The position numbers were made by a program, and so were the translations under genes. The notes beneath the pieces are model-generated. The model was not told the origin of the DNA and did no database searches. It saw only the letters and a list, made by a program, of their open reading frames with translations. Below are positions 39,521 through 51,245 of a stretch of DNA of 64,000 bases, in pieces; positions within the stretch are counted from its first letter, which is position 1, and the number at the start of each line of letters is the position of its first letter. Source of the DNA: Gemmatimonadales bacterium (GTDB taxonomy: Bacteria > Gemmatimonadota > Gemmatimonadetes > Gemmatimonadales > GWC2-71-9); contig JAWOLH010000045.1 in assembly GCA_033853695.1 (NCBI GenBank), forward strand, positions 593 through 64,592, written 5' to 3'.

Positions 39521-40800
39521 TGGGTTACCCCCACAAACCTCATCCGAAAGAGACGGTCGTTCTCTCGAAGTACTTCGGGGACGCCGAGGCGCGCTCGCTC
39601 AAGGGGTGGAAGAAGCGCGGCGGCTACGAGATGCTCGAGAAGGCGCTCGCGATGGACCCGAACGCCGTGATCGAGGAAGTCAAGAATTCGGGGTTGCGGG
39701 GACGCGGCGGAGCGGGGTTTCCCACGGGGCTCAAGTGGTCGTTCATGCCGAAGGAGAAGAAGAAGACCCACTATCTCTGCGTCAACGCCGACGAGTCGGA
39801 GCCGGGGACGTTCAAGGACCGCGAGATCATGCGCTGGACGCCGCACGCTCTGCTCGAGGCGACGGCGATCGCGGCGCACGCGATCCGCGCCGACGTCGCC
39901 TACATCTACATCCGCGGCGAGTTCACCGAAGCCTTGGGCGTCATGGAGCAGGCGCTCGCCGAGGCGAACGCCGCGAAGCTGTTCGGCAACCTCAAGGTCT
40001 ACCTGCATCGCGGCGCCGGCGCCTACATCTGCGGTGAAGAAACCGCGCTGATGAACTCGATCGAGGGGAAGCGCGGCAACCCGCGCATCAAGCCGCCGTT
40101 CCCCGCGGCCGCCGGCGTCTTCGGGCTTCCAACGACGATCAACAACGTCGAGACGCTCGTCGCGGTGCTGCCGATCCTCAAGAACGGCGCCGACTGGTAC
40201 AAGAAGCTGTGCCTCTCGAACCCCAAGAGCACGGGGACGAAGCTGCTGTCCGTCTGCGGCCACATCGCGAAGCCCGGCAACTACGAGGTGACGCTCGGCT
40301 TCCCGCTGAAGGATCTGTTGTACGAGCTGGCGGGGGGAATGCGTCCGGGACGGACGCTCAAGGCGTGCATCCCCGGCGGCTCGTCGGTGCCGATGCTCAA
40401 CCGTGAGGAGTCGGAGAGCACGCTGCTCGACTACGAGGGCTGCGTCGAGAAGGGCACGATGCTCGGCTCGGGCGGCGTGATCGTGTTCGACGACACCGCC
40501 GACATGGTCTACCAGACGATGCGACTCGCGCGCTTTTACGCGCACGAGTCGTGCGCGCAGTGCACGCAGTGTCGTGAGGGAACCGCCTGGACGGTGAAGA
40601 TTCTGGAGCGCATCCTCGCCGGGCAGGGAACGATGCCGGACCTCGACCTGCTGCTCGAGCTGGGCCAGAACATGACGGGTACGACGATCTGCGTGCTGTC
40701 GGACTCGTGCGCGGCGCCGGTGGCGTCGGCGCTCAAGCGGTTCCGCGGTGAGTTCGAAGACTACATCACGGGGCGGCGCAAGCCTGTCCTGGCGGCGTGA
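39520..40800 (+). CDS. nuoF: NADH-quinone oxidoreductase subunit F
   Basis: GLRGRGGAGFPTGLKWSF (FMN site), ADESEPGTFKDR and N3 cluster ESCAQCTQCREG. The ATG shares 1 nt with the nuoE stop. Confidence 0.95.
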   Translation: MGYPHKPHPKETVVLSKYFGDAEARSLKGWKKRGGYEMLEKALAMDPNAVIEEVKNSGLRGRGGAGFPTGLKWSFMPKEKKKTHYLCVNADESEPGTFKDREIMRWTPHALLEATAIAAHAIRADVAYIYIRGEFTEALGVMEQALAEANAAKLFGNLKVYLHRGAGAYICGEETALMNSIEGKRGNPRIKPPFPAAAGVFGLPTTINNVETLVAVLPILKNGADWYKKLCLSNPKSTGTKLLSVCGHIAKPGNYEVTLGFPLKDLLYELAGGMRPGRTLKACIPGGSSVPMLNREESESTLLDYEGCVEKGTMLGSGGVIVFDDTADMVYQTMRLARFYAHESCAQCTQCREGTAWTVKILERILAGQGTMPDLDLLLELGQNMTGTTICVLSDSCAAPVASALKRFRGEFEDYITGRRKPVLAA

Positions 40801-40806
40801 GGGCGC

Positions 40807-42387
40807 ATGGCTGACGGCCTGGTCAATCTGACGATCGACGGCGTCGCGGTGAGCGTGCCTCCGGGCACGCTCGTCATCGAGGCGGCGAAGCAGGCGGGGA
40901 TCCTGGTCCCGCACTACTGCTACCATCCGGGGTTGCCTGCGGGCTACCAGCTCACGATTCCGGCCGCCGGCGTCTGCCGCATGTGCCTCGTGAAGATCGA
41001 GAAGACGCCGAAGCTGCAGATCGCCTGCGCCGTGCAGGTGGCCGAGGGGATGGTAGTGGAGACGCAGGCGCCGGAAGCGAAACAGCAGCGGATGGGCGTG
41101 CTCGAGCTGTTGCTCATCAACCATCCGCTCGACTGTCCGATCTGCGATCAGGCGGGCGAGTGCGAGCTGCAGGACTTCACCTTCCAGGAAGGGCGCCCCG
41201 CCACTCGGTACACCCCGACCTATCCGAAGCGCTTCAACCCGGTCGAGGACTTCGGACCCGACATCCTCTACGTTCCGAACCGCTGCATCTACTGCGTGCG
41301 CTGCGTGCGCTTCATGCAGGACGTGGCGAAGGAGCCGGTGCTCAACGTGTCGGAGCGGGGCGACCGCGCCTACATCGGCATCCACCCGGAGGCGCGGCTC
41401 GACCATCCGTGGGCGGGGAACGTGGTCGACCTCTGTCCCGTGGGCGCGCTGCTCTCCAAGGACTTCCTGCACAAGGCGCGCGCCTGGGAGCTGGACAAGA
41501 CGGCCTCGATCTGCACCGGCTGCTCGCAGGGGTGCAATGTGACGCTCGACCTGCGCGACAGCACGGTGGTCCGGGTGCGGCCGCGGCCCAATCTCGAGGT
41601 GAACCAGTACTTCATCTGCGACCACGGCCGCGCCAACTACCGCTGGATGAATCGCGGCGACCGCATCGAGGCGCCGCTGGTGCGCATCGGCGGGGAGCTC
41701 GTCGCCACCGACTGGGACACGGCGCTGGACCGCGTGCGTGACCTGGTGCGCGGCACGAGCGGCCGGGCGATCACGATCGCTTCGCCGGTCGTCTCCACGG
41801 AAGCGCTCTACCTGGCGCGGCGATTGCTCGGCCGCTTCGAGTGGACCGGGGCTTTCCAGATGGTGCAGGGGGAGGAAGCTCCGCTGGCCGGTGTCCAGAA
41901 TCTCGCGCTCCGAGCCGACCGTGCGCCGAACGGCACCGGCGCGGAGCTGCTGGGCTACACGCGCGACGTGGCGGCCGCCGTGACCGCCGCCGCGAACGCG
42001 GCGCTGGTCCTCGTGCTCGGCGAAGCCGACGTCCCGATCGAAACACAGGGCGCGCTGATCTACGCGGGCACGGTGCTTCCCGACCACGCGCGCGGCGCCG
42101 AGGTGGTGCTGCCGCTCGCCACCGTGGCGGAAGAGGATGGGACGTTCGTGAACCGCGACGGGCGGGTGCAGCGCTATTTCCAGGCGAAGCCCTCGCCGGG
42201 GATGGCGCGTCCCGCCTGGTGGGTGCTGAGCGAGGTGATCGCCGATCACGAGGGGATTGCGCGGGCGGTTGCGGCGGAGGACGTGTTCGACCTGCTGGCC
42301 GCCACCGAGCCCTTCGCGGGATTGAGCTACGCGAAGCTGGGCCTGCTGGGCGCAAAGGTCCGCAACGGGGCGGGGGTGCCGGCGTGA
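40807..42387 (+). CDS. nuoG: NADH-quinone oxidoreductase subunit G (short, 526 aa)
   Basis: C..CRMC 2Fe-2S region, [33 protein letters not shown] and CTGCSQGCN. Confidence 0.92.
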   Translation: MADGLVNLTIDGVAVSVPPGTLVIEAAKQAGILVPHYCYHPGLPAGYQLTIPAAGVCRMCLVKIEKTPKLQIACAVQVAEGMVVETQAPEAKQQRMGVLELLLINHPLDCPICDQAGECELQDFTFQEGRPATRYTPTYPKRFNPVEDFGPDILYVPNRCIYCVRCVRFMQDVAKEPVLNVSERGDRAYIGIHPEARLDHPWAGNVVDLCPVGALLSKDFLHKARAWELDKTASICTGCSQGCNVTLDLRDSTVVRVRPRPNLEVNQYFICDHGRANYRWMNRGDRIEAPLVRIGGELVATDWDTALDRVRDLVRGTSGRAITIASPVVSTEALYLARRLLGRFEWTGAFQMVQGEEAPLAGVQNLALRADRAPNGTGAELLGYTRDVAAAVTAAANAALVLVLGEADVPIETQGALIYAGTVLPDHARGAEVVLPLATVAEEDGTFVNRDGRVQRYFQAKPSPGMARPAWWVLSEVIADHEGIARAVAAEDVFDLLAATEPFAGLSYAKLGLLGAKVRNGAGVPA

Positions 42388-43553
42388 CCTTCTTTCTCGT
42401 CTCGTCGATCATCAAGCTGCTCGTCATCTTCACGTTCCTCATGGTGGGGGTGGCGCTGCTCACCTGGCTCGAGCGCCGGGTGTGCGCCTGGATGCAGGAT
42501 CGGATGGGGCCGAATCGCGTCGGGCCGTTCGGTCTGCTGCAGCCCGCCGCCGACGGGCTCAAGAACATCGTGAAGGAAGAGACCTATCCGGCGACCGCCG
42601 ACTTCTGGACGTTCATCCTCGCGCCGGCGGTATCGTTCACGCCGGCGCTCCTGACGTTCGCCGTGATCCCGTTCGGCGCGCCGCTGCACACGAAGTGGGG
42701 CGACGTGCCGCTGGTGGTGGCCGATCTGCCGGTCGGGTTTCTCTACATCCTGGCGATCGGGTCGCTGGGCGTGTACGGCATCGTGCTGGCGGGGTGGTCC
42801 TCCAACAACAAGTACGCGCTGCTCGGCGGCCTGCGCGCGTCCGCGCAGCTGATCTCCTACGAAATCGCGCTGGGGATGAGCACCGTCGCGGTGCTGCTCG
42901 TCGCGGGGAACGTTTCCCTCACCGAGGTGGTGACGCGGCAGCAGGGGTCGGTGCTGCAGTGGAACGTCTTCCCGCTGTCGATCGCGTTCTTTCTCTTCAT
43001 CGTCTCCGCTTTCGCGGAAACGAACCGCGTCCCCTTCGACCTCCCCGAAGCCGAGGGGGAGCTGGTGGCCGGCTATCACGCCGAGTACAGCTCGATGAAG
43101 TTCTCGATGTTCTACATCGCCGAATACGCGAACATGGTGACGGCGTCAGCGCTGATGGCGACGCTGTTCTTCGGCGGCTGGGACATCCCGTTCACCCACT
43201 GGGACGACACCGGCGATCCGACGCTGGTGAAGACGCTCGCCACCGCCGCGGTGTTTTTCGTCAAGACGTTCTCGTTCCTGTTCCTCTACATCTGGGTGCG
43301 CTGGACGCTGCCGCGCTTCCGCTATGACCAGCTCATGGCCCTGGGGTGGAAGGTGCTGCTGCCGCTCGCCCTGATCTATCTCATGGTGATCGCCGTGGCG
43401 ATCTGGTTTCTCCACGATCAGCTCGGCTGGGCCTACGACACGCGCTTCTCCCTCGCGCTGTTCGCCGTCAACGTCGCGCTCGCCCTGCCGCTGCTCTTCG
43501 TGCTCGACCGCGGCCACGTTGTGGCCGGCTCGGTGGAACGGAGGCGCGCCTGA
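42384..43553 (+). CDS. nuoH: NADH-quinone oxidoreductase subunit H
   Basis: GTG overlaps the nuoG stop. Motifs [59 protein letters not shown] and [13 protein letters not shown]. Confidence 0.95.
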   Translation: MTFFLVSSIIKLLVIFTFLMVGVALLTWLERRVCAWMQDRMGPNRVGPFGLLQPAADGLKNIVKEETYPATADFWTFILAPAVSFTPALLTFAVIPFGAPLHTKWGDVPLVVADLPVGFLYILAIGSLGVYGIVLAGWSSNNKYALLGGLRASAQLISYEIALGMSTVAVLLVAGNVSLTEVVTRQQGSVLQWNVFPLSIAFFLFIVSAFAETNRVPFDLPEAEGELVAGYHAEYSSMKFSMFYIAEYANMVTASALMATLFFGGWDIPFTHWDDTGDPTLVKTLATAAVFFVKTFSFLFLYIWVRWTLPRFRYDQLMALGWKVLLPLALIYLMVIAVAIWFLHDQLGWAYDTRFSLALFAVNVALALPLLFVLDRGHVVAGSVERRRA

Positions 43554-44055
43554 TGGCGATCACCGTGAAGGTGTTGCGCCGGCCGACCGAGGGCACATCG
43601 TACCTGCGGGCGATGCTCAAGGGTATGCTGCTGACGTTCTCGCATCTGTTCCGGCCCAAGGTGACGATGCAGTACCCCGAGGAGAAGAGCAGCAAGGACT
43701 GGACGCTCTCCTCGCGCTGGCGCGGCACGCACCGCATGCTCACGGACGAGCAGGGGCGCGCCAAGTGCGTCGCCTGCGGGCTGTGCCCGCAGATTTGCCC
43801 CGCCAACTGCATCAAGCTCGTGCCGGGGGAGGACGAGCAGGGTAACCGCTACCCGCTGATCTACGAGATCGACGAGTTCCGCTGCGTCTTCTGCGGCTAC
43901 TGCCAGGAGGTGTGCCCCGAGGAGGCGATCCACGTCGGGGTGCACTACGAAAACTCCGAGTTCGAGCGCGGCCGGTTCGTGTACGACCTGGAGCGGCTGT
44001 GCGCCCAGACGCACCCCGTCTCCACGCTGTGGGACCCGTCGGACCCCAAGGGGGA

Positions 44056-44059
<4 letters not shown>
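43553..44059 (+). CDS. nuoI: NADH-quinone oxidoreductase subunit I
   Basis: Two 4Fe-4S motifs, CVACGLCPQICP and CVFCGYCQEVCP. Also TMQYPEEK. Confidence 0.95.
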
Positions 44060-44580
<521 letters not shown>

Positions 44581-44877
44581 ATGTTCACCGGATATTCGCT
44601 CGCCGTCTCGGCGGTCCTGTTCGCGATCGGCACCGTGGGCGTGCTGATCCGCCGCAACGCGATCGTGATCTTCATGTGCGTCGAGCTGATGCTCAACGCG
44701 GTGAACCTCGCATTCGTCGCCTTCGCCGAGCGGCTGGGCATGGCGGGGCAGATCTTCGTCTTCTTCGTCATGGCGGTGGCGGCCGCGGAAGCGGCGGTCG
44801 GCCTCGCCATCATTCTCGCGGTCTACCGTCACAAGGAGACGGTCGACCTGCAGCACATCAATCTCCTGAAGGGCTGA
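44581..44877 (+). CDS. nuoK: NADH-quinone oxidoreductase subunit K
   Basis: 98 aa with three TM segments. Conserved Glu residues occur in [12 protein letters not shown] and [11 protein letters not shown]. Confidence 0.93.
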   Translation: MFTGYSLAVSAVLFAIGTVGVLIRRNAIVIFMCVELMLNAVNLAFVAFAERLGMAGQIFVFFVMAVAAAEAAVGLAIILAVYRHKETVDLQHINLLKG

Positions 44878-44888
44878 CGGGAGCCCGC

Positions 44889-46847
44889 ATGCACCTCGTC
44901 TGGCTCGTTCCTCTTCTGCCGCTCGCCGGGTTCCTGTTGAACGGATCGCTGGCGCTCGCAGGATCGCGGACAAAAGGGATCGTGTCGTTCATCGGGGTGG
45001 GGACGGTTCTCGCCGCCTTCGGCGTCGCGGTGTGGGTCGTGCTCGATCTCGCCCGCACGCACCCCGAGGGGCCGGTCGTCTTCCGCTACTGGGACTGGAT
45101 TCCGGTGGGCACGCTCCAGGTCAGCGCCGCTCTCCAGGTGGATCCGCTCTCCGCCGTGATGGTGCTCGTGGTCACGGGCGTCGGCTCCCTGATCCACATC
45201 TTCAGCGTCGGCTACATGCACGACGACGACGGGTACGCGCGCTACTTCGGCTACCTGAACCTGTTCGTGTTCTTCATGCTGACGCTCGTCCTGGGCGCGA
45301 ACTTCCCGGTGACGTTCGTGGGGTGGGAGGGCGTCGGGCTGTGCTCGTATCTCCTGATCGGATTCTGGTTCCAGGAGAAGGTGAACGCCGACGCGGGGAA
45401 GAAGGCGTTCATCATGAACCGCATCGGCGACTTCGGGTTCCTCGTCGCCATGTTCCTGATCTGGCAGCACACCGGGTCGCTCGACTACACCGCGGTGTTC
45501 GCCCAGGCGCCGACGGCCCTGGCCGGGAGCGTGGCGACGGCGATCACGCTCTTCCTCTTCCTCGGCTGCACCGGCAAGTCGGCGCAGATCCCGCTCTATA
45601 CCTGGCTCCCCGACGCGATGGCGGGGCCGACGCCGGTGTCGGCGCTGATCCACGCGGCGACGATGGTGACCGCGGGCGTGTTCCTCGTCGCCCGCTCGAA
45701 CGTGCTGTTCGCGCTCGCGCCCGTGTCGCAGGCCGTCGTCGCGGGGGTGGGGGCGCTCACGGCGTTCTTCGCGGCGACGATCGCCTTGAAGCAGTGGGAC
45801 ATCAAGCGGGTGCTGGCGTACTCCACCGTCTCGCAGCTCGGCTACATGTTCGTCGGGGTAGGCACCGGAGCGATGGCGGCGGGCATCTTCCATCTGGTGA
45901 CGCACGCCTTCTTCAAGGCGCTGCTCTTCCTGGGCTCGGGCTCGGTGATTCACGCGATGCACCACGCCTACCACGCGACGCACTCGCACGAGGACGCCCA
46001 GGACATGCGCAACATGGGGGGGCTGGCCCGGTATCTCCCCTGGACCTGCACGCTGATGTGGATCGCGACGCTCGCGATCGCCGGCATCCCGCCGTTCTCA
46101 GGGTTCTTCTCGAAGGACGAGATCCTCGGCGCCGCCTTCGCCCGCGGGACGGCGCAGCCGATCTGGCTCGTCTATTGGGGACTCGGGCTCGCTGCGGCAC
46201 TGCTCACGGCGTTCTACATGACGCGGATGATGCTGTATACCTTCCACGGCCCGAACCGGACCGGCAGCCGGGAGGAGACGCACCTGCACGAGGCGCCGGC
46301 GGTGATGACCGGTCCGCTCGTGATTCTCGGGATCCTGTCGCTCCTGGGCGGCGCACTGAACCTCCCGGCGCTCGTCGGCGGCCCGGCGTGGCTCGAGCAT
46401 TGGCTCGAGCCGGTCACCGCCGCTGGAGCGGCCCTCGCGCCGGCGCACGAGGTCGCGTCGAGCACGGAGTGGACGCTGATCGCCGTCGCGGTGGCCATCG
46501 CGATCGTCGGCATTGTGGCGGCATTCCGGATGCTCGACCTGTCGGCGCTCGTTCCGGCCAAGTCGGCGCCCGCCGATACGGGACTCGGCAGGATCCTCAA
46601 CAAGAAGTGGTACGTGGATGAGCTGTACGACGCCGTCATCGTGCGGCCGATCCTGTGGCTCTCGCGTACGCTCTTGTGGCGCGTCATCGATGTAGGGCTC
46701 GTCGATGGAGCGGGGGTGAATGGCGCGGCGGCAACGTCGCGCATCCTGGGCTGGCTCACGAGCCGGCTGCAGACGGGTGAGCTGGGCTTCTACGCGGTGA
46801 TCTTCGTGGTGGGTGTGGTCGTCGTCCTCTCGCGGGCGTTGCGCTGA
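44889..46847 (+). CDS. nuoL: NADH-quinone oxidoreductase subunit L
   Basis: 652 aa from MHLVWLVPLLPLAG. Motifs GWEGVGLCSYLLIGFW, KSAQIPLYTWLPDAMAGPTPVSALIHAATMV and a C-terminal lateral-helix region. Confidence 0.94.
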   Translation: MHLVWLVPLLPLAGFLLNGSLALAGSRTKGIVSFIGVGTVLAAFGVAVWVVLDLARTHPEGPVVFRYWDWIPVGTLQVSAALQVDPLSAVMVLVVTGVGSLIHIFSVGYMHDDDGYARYFGYLNLFVFFMLTLVLGANFPVTFVGWEGVGLCSYLLIGFWFQEKVNADAGKKAFIMNRIGDFGFLVAMFLIWQHTGSLDYTAVFAQAPTALAGSVATAITLFLFLGCTGKSAQIPLYTWLPDAMAGPTPVSALIHAATMVTAGVFLVARSNVLFALAPVSQAVVAGVGALTAFFAATIALKQWDIKRVLAYSTVSQLGYMFVGVGTGAMAAGIFHLVTHAFFKALLFLGSGSVIHAMHHAYHATHSHEDAQDMRNMGGLARYLPWTCTLMWIATLAIAGIPPFSGFFSKDEILGAAFARGTAQPIWLVYWGLGLAAALLTAFYMTRMMLYTFHGPNRTGSREETHLHEAPAVMTGPLVILGILSLLGGALNLPALVGGPAWLEHWLEPVTAAGAALAPAHEVASSTEWTLIAVAVAIAIVGIVAAFRMLDLSALVPAKSAPADTGLGRILNKKWYVDELYDAVIVRPILWLSRTLLWRVIDVGLVDGAGVNGAAATSRILGWLTSRLQTGELGFYAVIFVVGVVVVLSRALR

Positions 46848-48349
46848 TGTACGATCATCTCGTCCTGACCGTGCTGCTCGCGTGGCCGCTCGTCGCCGCC
46901 GCGGCGTTGTGGCTCGTGGCGCAGGAGCGGGCCAAGTACGTGGCGCTCCTCGCGGCCCTCGTCGAGTTCGCCGTGTCGCTCCCCCTGTGGTGGCGTTTCA
47001 TCCCCACGGGGGGGATGCAGTTCGAGGCGAGCGTGCCCTGGATCGCCGGCTGGGGGATCTCCTACCACGTCGGGCTCGACGGCATCTCGCTCTTCATGGT
47101 GCTGCTCACGACGTTGCTCGTGCCCCTGTCCGTGCTGGGGAGCTTCACCTACATCACGAAGCGCGAGCGCGCCTTCTACGCCAATCTCCTCGTGCTCACG
47201 ACCGGGATGATCGGCGTCTTCGTCGCGCTCGACCTGTTCCTGTTCTACGTGATGTGGGAAGTGATGCTGATCCCGATGTACTTCATCATCGGGATCTGGG
47301 GCGGGGAGCGCCGCCTCTACGCGGCGATCAAGTTCTTCATCTATACGATGTTCGGATCGCTGCTGATGCTGGTGGCGATCCTCGGGCTGTACTACATCGT
47401 CGCGTCACGCACCGGGACGTATTCGTTCGACTACGCGTTCCTGCTGAGCCACGCCGGGGGGCTGGGATCGCTCGCCTGGTGGTTCTTCGGCGCCTTCTTC
47501 CTCGCGTTCGCGATCAAGGTGCCGATGTTCCCGTTCCACACCTGGCTGCCCGATGCGCACGTCGAGGCGCCGACGGCCGGCTCGGTGATCCTCGCCGGCA
47601 TCCTGCTCAAGATGGGGACGTACGGCTTCCTGCGGTTCGCGTTGCCGTTCTTCCCCGCGGTGGCCCTGCATCCCACGGTGCAGGCGGTGATCGTCACGCT
47701 GTCGCTCGTCGGGATCATTTACGGCGGCCTCGTCGCCATGGTGCAGCCCGACTTGAAGAAGCTCGTCGCCTACAGTTCCGTGTCCCACCTCGGCTTCGTG
47801 ATGCTCGGCATCTGGGCGTTGACGCTGCAGAGCGTGCAGGGGGCGCTGCTCGTGATGATCAACCACGGGCTGTCGACCGGCGCGCTGTTCTTCCTGGTCG
47901 GGATGCTGTACGAGCGGCGTCACAGCCGTATGCTCGAGGCGTTCGGCGGTCTCGCGCGCGTCGTGCCGCTGCTCGCGACGGCGCTCACGATCGTCTCGCT
48001 CTCCTCGATCGGTCTCCCCGGCACGAACGGCTTCGTGGGCGAGTTCCTGATTCTGATCGGCGCGTTCCGCACCTATCCCTGGGCCGCCGGGATCGCCACG
48101 ACGGGAGTGATCGTCGCGGCGATGTACCTCCTCTGGGCGCTGCAACGGGTGATCTACAACAAGCTCGACAAGGCCGAGAACGAGCACCTCCCCGACCTGT
48201 CGTGGCGTGAGGTCGCCGTTCTCGTCCCCATCCTCGCCGGCATATTCTGGATCGGGCTGTATCCGAAGCCGATCCTGCAGCGGATGGAGCCCGCCGCTCA
48301 ACACTTCATCGACACGGTACGCCCCGGAGCGCAGGCGGCGCTGCGATGA
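46847..48349 (+). CDS. nuoM: NADH-quinone oxidoreductase subunit M
   Basis: The ATG shares 1 nt with the nuoL stop. Motifs MWEVMLIPMYFIIGIWGG, KVPMFPFHTWLPDAHVEAPTAGSVILAGILLK. Confidence 0.94.
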   Translation: MYDHLVLTVLLAWPLVAAAALWLVAQERAKYVALLAALVEFAVSLPLWWRFIPTGGMQFEASVPWIAGWGISYHVGLDGISLFMVLLTTLLVPLSVLGSFTYITKRERAFYANLLVLTTGMIGVFVALDLFLFYVMWEVMLIPMYFIIGIWGGERRLYAAIKFFIYTMFGSLLMLVAILGLYYIVASRTGTYSFDYAFLLSHAGGLGSLAWWFFGAFFLAFAIKVPMFPFHTWLPDAHVEAPTAGSVILAGILLKMGTYGFLRFALPFFPAVALHPTVQAVIVTLSLVGIIYGGLVAMVQPDLKKLVAYSSVSHLGFVMLGIWALTLQSVQGALLVMINHGLSTGALFFLVGMLYERRHSRMLEAFGGLARVVPLLATALTIVSLSSIGLPGTNGFVGEFLILIGAFRTYPWAAGIATTGVIVAAMYLLWALQRVIYNKLDKAENEHLPDLSWREVAVLVPILAGIFWIGLYPKPILQRMEPAAQHFIDTVRPGAQAALR

Positions 48350-49854
48350 ACCTCGACCTGTCGACGTCGCGGGGATTGATGGTCGGGCTGCTCCCGGAGC
48401 TCGTGCTGACGGTGTGGGGCATCGTGCTCCTCGCCGTCGTCGCCTGGCGCCACAAGACGCCGCGCGATCTGACGCTGGCCGGGTGGATCACGCTGCTGGG
48501 GTTCGCTGCGAGTGCCGTGGCCGTGTGGTGGCTGTGGTGGAATCGGGCGGGCGCCACGGGCCCCACGCCGATGGTGGCGGTGGACGACTTCCGCTACGTC
48601 GCCGATTGGCTGTTCCTCGGCGCGGGAGCGTTCACCGTGCTGTTTTCGTTCGCCTACCTCGAGCGCGAGTCGCTCCTGGCGCCCGAGTACTACGTGCTCC
48701 TCGTCTTCGCCACGATCGGCATGATGCTGATGGCGGGCGGGGAGGACCTGATCGTGATCTTCCTCGGCCTCGAGCTGATGTCGGTCTCGGTGTACGTGCT
48801 GGCGGGGGTCGACCGCAGGAGCGCGCGGGCGGCCGAAGCGGCGCTCAAGTATTTCCTGCTCGGGGCGTTTGCCTCGGCGTTTCTGCTGTACGGCATCGCC
48901 CTCGCCTATGGCGCCACGGGGACGACGAATCTCACCCAGATCGGGACGCAGGTCGTCTCGCTCGGCCTGGCCAAAAGCCCGCTGCTCCTGATCGGGCTCG
49001 GTCTCCTGCTCGTGGGGTTCGGCTTCAAGACCGCCGCCGTGCCGTTCCACATGTGGGCCCCCGACGTCTACGATGGCGCGCCTACACCCGTGACCGGATT
49101 CATGGCGACGGCGGTGAAGGCGGCGGCATTCGTCGCATTGGCGCGGGTGCTGGCGGAGGCATTCGGCGCCACCGCCACGTGGCACAACATCGTCACCGGC
49201 CTGGCCGTGATCACGATGATCGTCGGGAATCTCGTGGCCCTGGCGCAGCGCAGCCTCAAGCGGATGCTGGCGTACTCCTCGGTGGCGCACGCCGGGTACC
49301 TCCTCGTGGCGGTGTCGGCGGGCAGCCCGGAGGGCAATGCGGCGGTGCTCTTCTATCTCGCCGCCTACGGCCTCACGTCGCTCGCCGCGTTCGCGCTGGT
49401 GGCGGCCCGGGGCCGGGGCGGCGAGAGCGATCTCCAAATTGATGACCTCGCCGGGCTGTCGACCGACAAGCCGTGGCTTGCCTTCGCGCTCGCCGTCTGC
49501 ATGCTGTCGCTGCTCGGGTTCCCGGGCACCGCCGGATTCATCGGCAAGTGGTACATCCTGCTCGCGGCCGTCACCGCCGGGAAAGGGTGGCTCGCCACCG
49601 TTCTCGTGCTGACGAGCCTGATCTCGGCGGGATACTACCTCCCCGTGGTGATGGCGATGTACATGCGCCCGGTGCCGTTCGCGAACGCGCACGCCGGCCT
49701 CAAGTTCAGCCGTCTCGGGCTTCTCGCGCTGGCCGTCTGCATCGCGGCGGTGCTCTACTTCGGCATCCAGCCCCATCGGCTGCTCGATCTCACGCAAACA
49801 AGCGGCGCGGCGATTCATCCCGCCGCCCTCACCACTCCCGTAGCGGGTAACTGA
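48346..49854 (+). CDS. nuoN: NADH-quinone oxidoreductase subunit N
   Basis: ATG overlaps the nuoM stop. Motifs [31 protein letters not shown] and [20 protein letters not shown]. Confidence 0.94.
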   Translation: MNLDLSTSRGLMVGLLPELVLTVWGIVLLAVVAWRHKTPRDLTLAGWITLLGFAASAVAVWWLWWNRAGATGPTPMVAVDDFRYVADWLFLGAGAFTVLFSFAYLERESLLAPEYYVLLVFATIGMMLMAGGEDLIVIFLGLELMSVSVYVLAGVDRRSARAAEAALKYFLLGAFASAFLLYGIALAYGATGTTNLTQIGTQVVSLGLAKSPLLLIGLGLLLVGFGFKTAAVPFHMWAPDVYDGAPTPVTGFMATAVKAAAFVALARVLAEAFGATATWHNIVTGLAVITMIVGNLVALAQRSLKRMLAYSSVAHAGYLLVAVSAGSPEGNAAVLFYLAAYGLTSLAAFALVAARGRGGESDLQIDDLAGLSTDKPWLAFALAVCMLSLLGFPGTAGFIGKWYILLAAVTAGKGWLATVLVLTSLISAGYYLPVVMAMYMRPVPFANAHAGLKFSRLGLLALAVCIAAVLYFGIQPHRLLDLTQTSGAAIHPAALTTPVAGN

Positions 49855-49868
49855 CGGAGGGGACCCTC

Positions 49869-51245
49869 GTGAATGTCCCCGCGACGATCTTTCGCCAATA
49901 CGACATTCGCGGCACGACAGGCGACCAGCTCACCCCGGCGCTGGCGCGCGCGGTGGGCGCCGCGTACGCGACCTACGCCCGCGCGAGGCTGGGCCGTCCC
50001 GTTGTCGTCGCTCTCGGCCGGGACAACCGACCCTCGGGTGAGGAGCTGACCCGTGGCGTGGGCGACGGCGTCGTCGTCGCGGGGGGACGGGTGGTGGAAG
50101 TGGGGATGGTCCCGACTCCCGCGCTGTATTTCGCGACGCACACCCTCAAGGTGGACGGCGGGATCCAGGTCACCGGCTCGCACAACCCTCCCGAGTTCAA
50201 CGGCTTCAAGATGGTGCTCTCGGGCGAGGCGGTGTACGGCGACGACATCCAGTCGCTCTACCAGATGATCAGCGCGGACCGGCTCGACCGCCTGCCGGGC
50301 GGCGCCCGGGAGTCGGAGCTGGGCATCCTCGCGGCCTACCGCGCCGCGATCGTCAAGCACAACACGCCCCTGGCCCGCCGCGTGAAAGTCGTCGCCGATT
50401 GCGGCAACGGCGTCACGAGTCTCGTGGCGATCCAGACGCTGCGCGACCTCGGGTGCGACGTCGTGCCGCTCTTCGACAAGTCGGACGGCCGCTTCCCGAA
50501 CCATCACCCCGATCCGACCGTCGTCGAGAACCTGAAGGACCTCCAGGCAGCGGTCAGGCGCGAGCAGGCGGAGCTTGGGCTAGCGTTCGATGGGGATGGC
50601 GACCGTATCGGCGCCGTCGATGAGCACGGCACGCCGATCTTCGGCGACGTGTTGCTGGTGCTGTTCGGCCGCGATCTGGCACAGCGGATGGGGAAGGGGA
50701 AGCCCGTGATCTTCGATGTGAAGTGTTCGGAAATCCTCCCCGAAGAGCTGGCGCGCACCGGCCTCGTGCCGACGATGTGGAAGACGGGGCATTCCCTCAT
50801 CAAGCAGAAGATGAAAGAGACCGGGGCGCCCCTCGCCGGCGAGATGAGCGGGCACGTGTTCTTCGGGGGCGACTGGTACGGCTTCGACGACGCCCTGTTC
50901 GCCGCCGCGCGCCTGCTGCAGTTCGTCGCGCGCACGCCGGGGCCGCTCTCCACTCACCTCGCCGATCTGCCCCAGACGGTCTCGACTCCCGAGTTGCGCG
51001 TCGACTGTCCCGACGAGCGCAAGTTCGCTCTGGTGGAAGAGGCGGCGAAGTACTTCGCCGGAAAATATCCCGTGTCCACTCTGGATGGAGTGCGGATCAC
51101 CTTCTCCGAGGGGTGGGGACTGTTGCGGGCATCGAACACGCAGCCGGTGCTGGTGATGCGTTTCGAGGCCAAGTCTCCCGCAGCGCTCGCCGCCTACCGC
51201 GGCGAAGTCGAGGGGTGGCTCGCGCGCCACGCATCCGGGCCGTGA
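49869..51245 (+). CDS. phosphomannomutase / phosphoglucomutase
   Basis: GTG start 14 nt after nuoN. Active-site loop [13 protein letters not shown], metal loop FDGDGDR, and GEMSGHVFF. Confidence 0.9.
   Translation: MNVPATIFRQYDIRGTTGDQLTPALARAVGAAYATYARARLGRPVVVALGRDNRPSGEELTRGVGDGVVVAGGRVVEVGMVPTPALYFATHTLKVDGGIQVTGSHNPPEFNGFKMVLSGEAVYGDDIQSLYQMISADRLDRLPGGARESELGILAAYRAAIVKHNTPLARRVKVVADCGNGVTSLVAIQTLRDLGCDVVPLFDKSDGRFPNHHPDPTVVENLKDLQAAVRREQAELGLAFDGDGDRIGAVDEHGTPIFGDVLLVLFGRDLAQRMGKGKPVIFDVKCSEILPEELARTGLVPTMWKTGHSLIKQKMKETGAPLAGEMSGHVFFGGDWYGFDDALFAAARLLQFVARTPGPLSTHLADLPQTVSTPELRVDCPDERKFALVEEAAKYFAGKYPVSTLDGVRITFSEGWGLLRASNTQPVLVMRFEAKSPAALAAYRGEVEGWLARHASGP

Noticed and set aside
39241-42249. 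1002-aa ORF on the minus strand, antisense to nuoE, nuoF and nuoG.
   Set aside because: It lies opposite genes with unambiguous complex I motifs. Its translation is Arg/Ala/Pro/Gly-rich low-complexity sequence. This is typical of stop-poor antisense frames in high-GC DNA.
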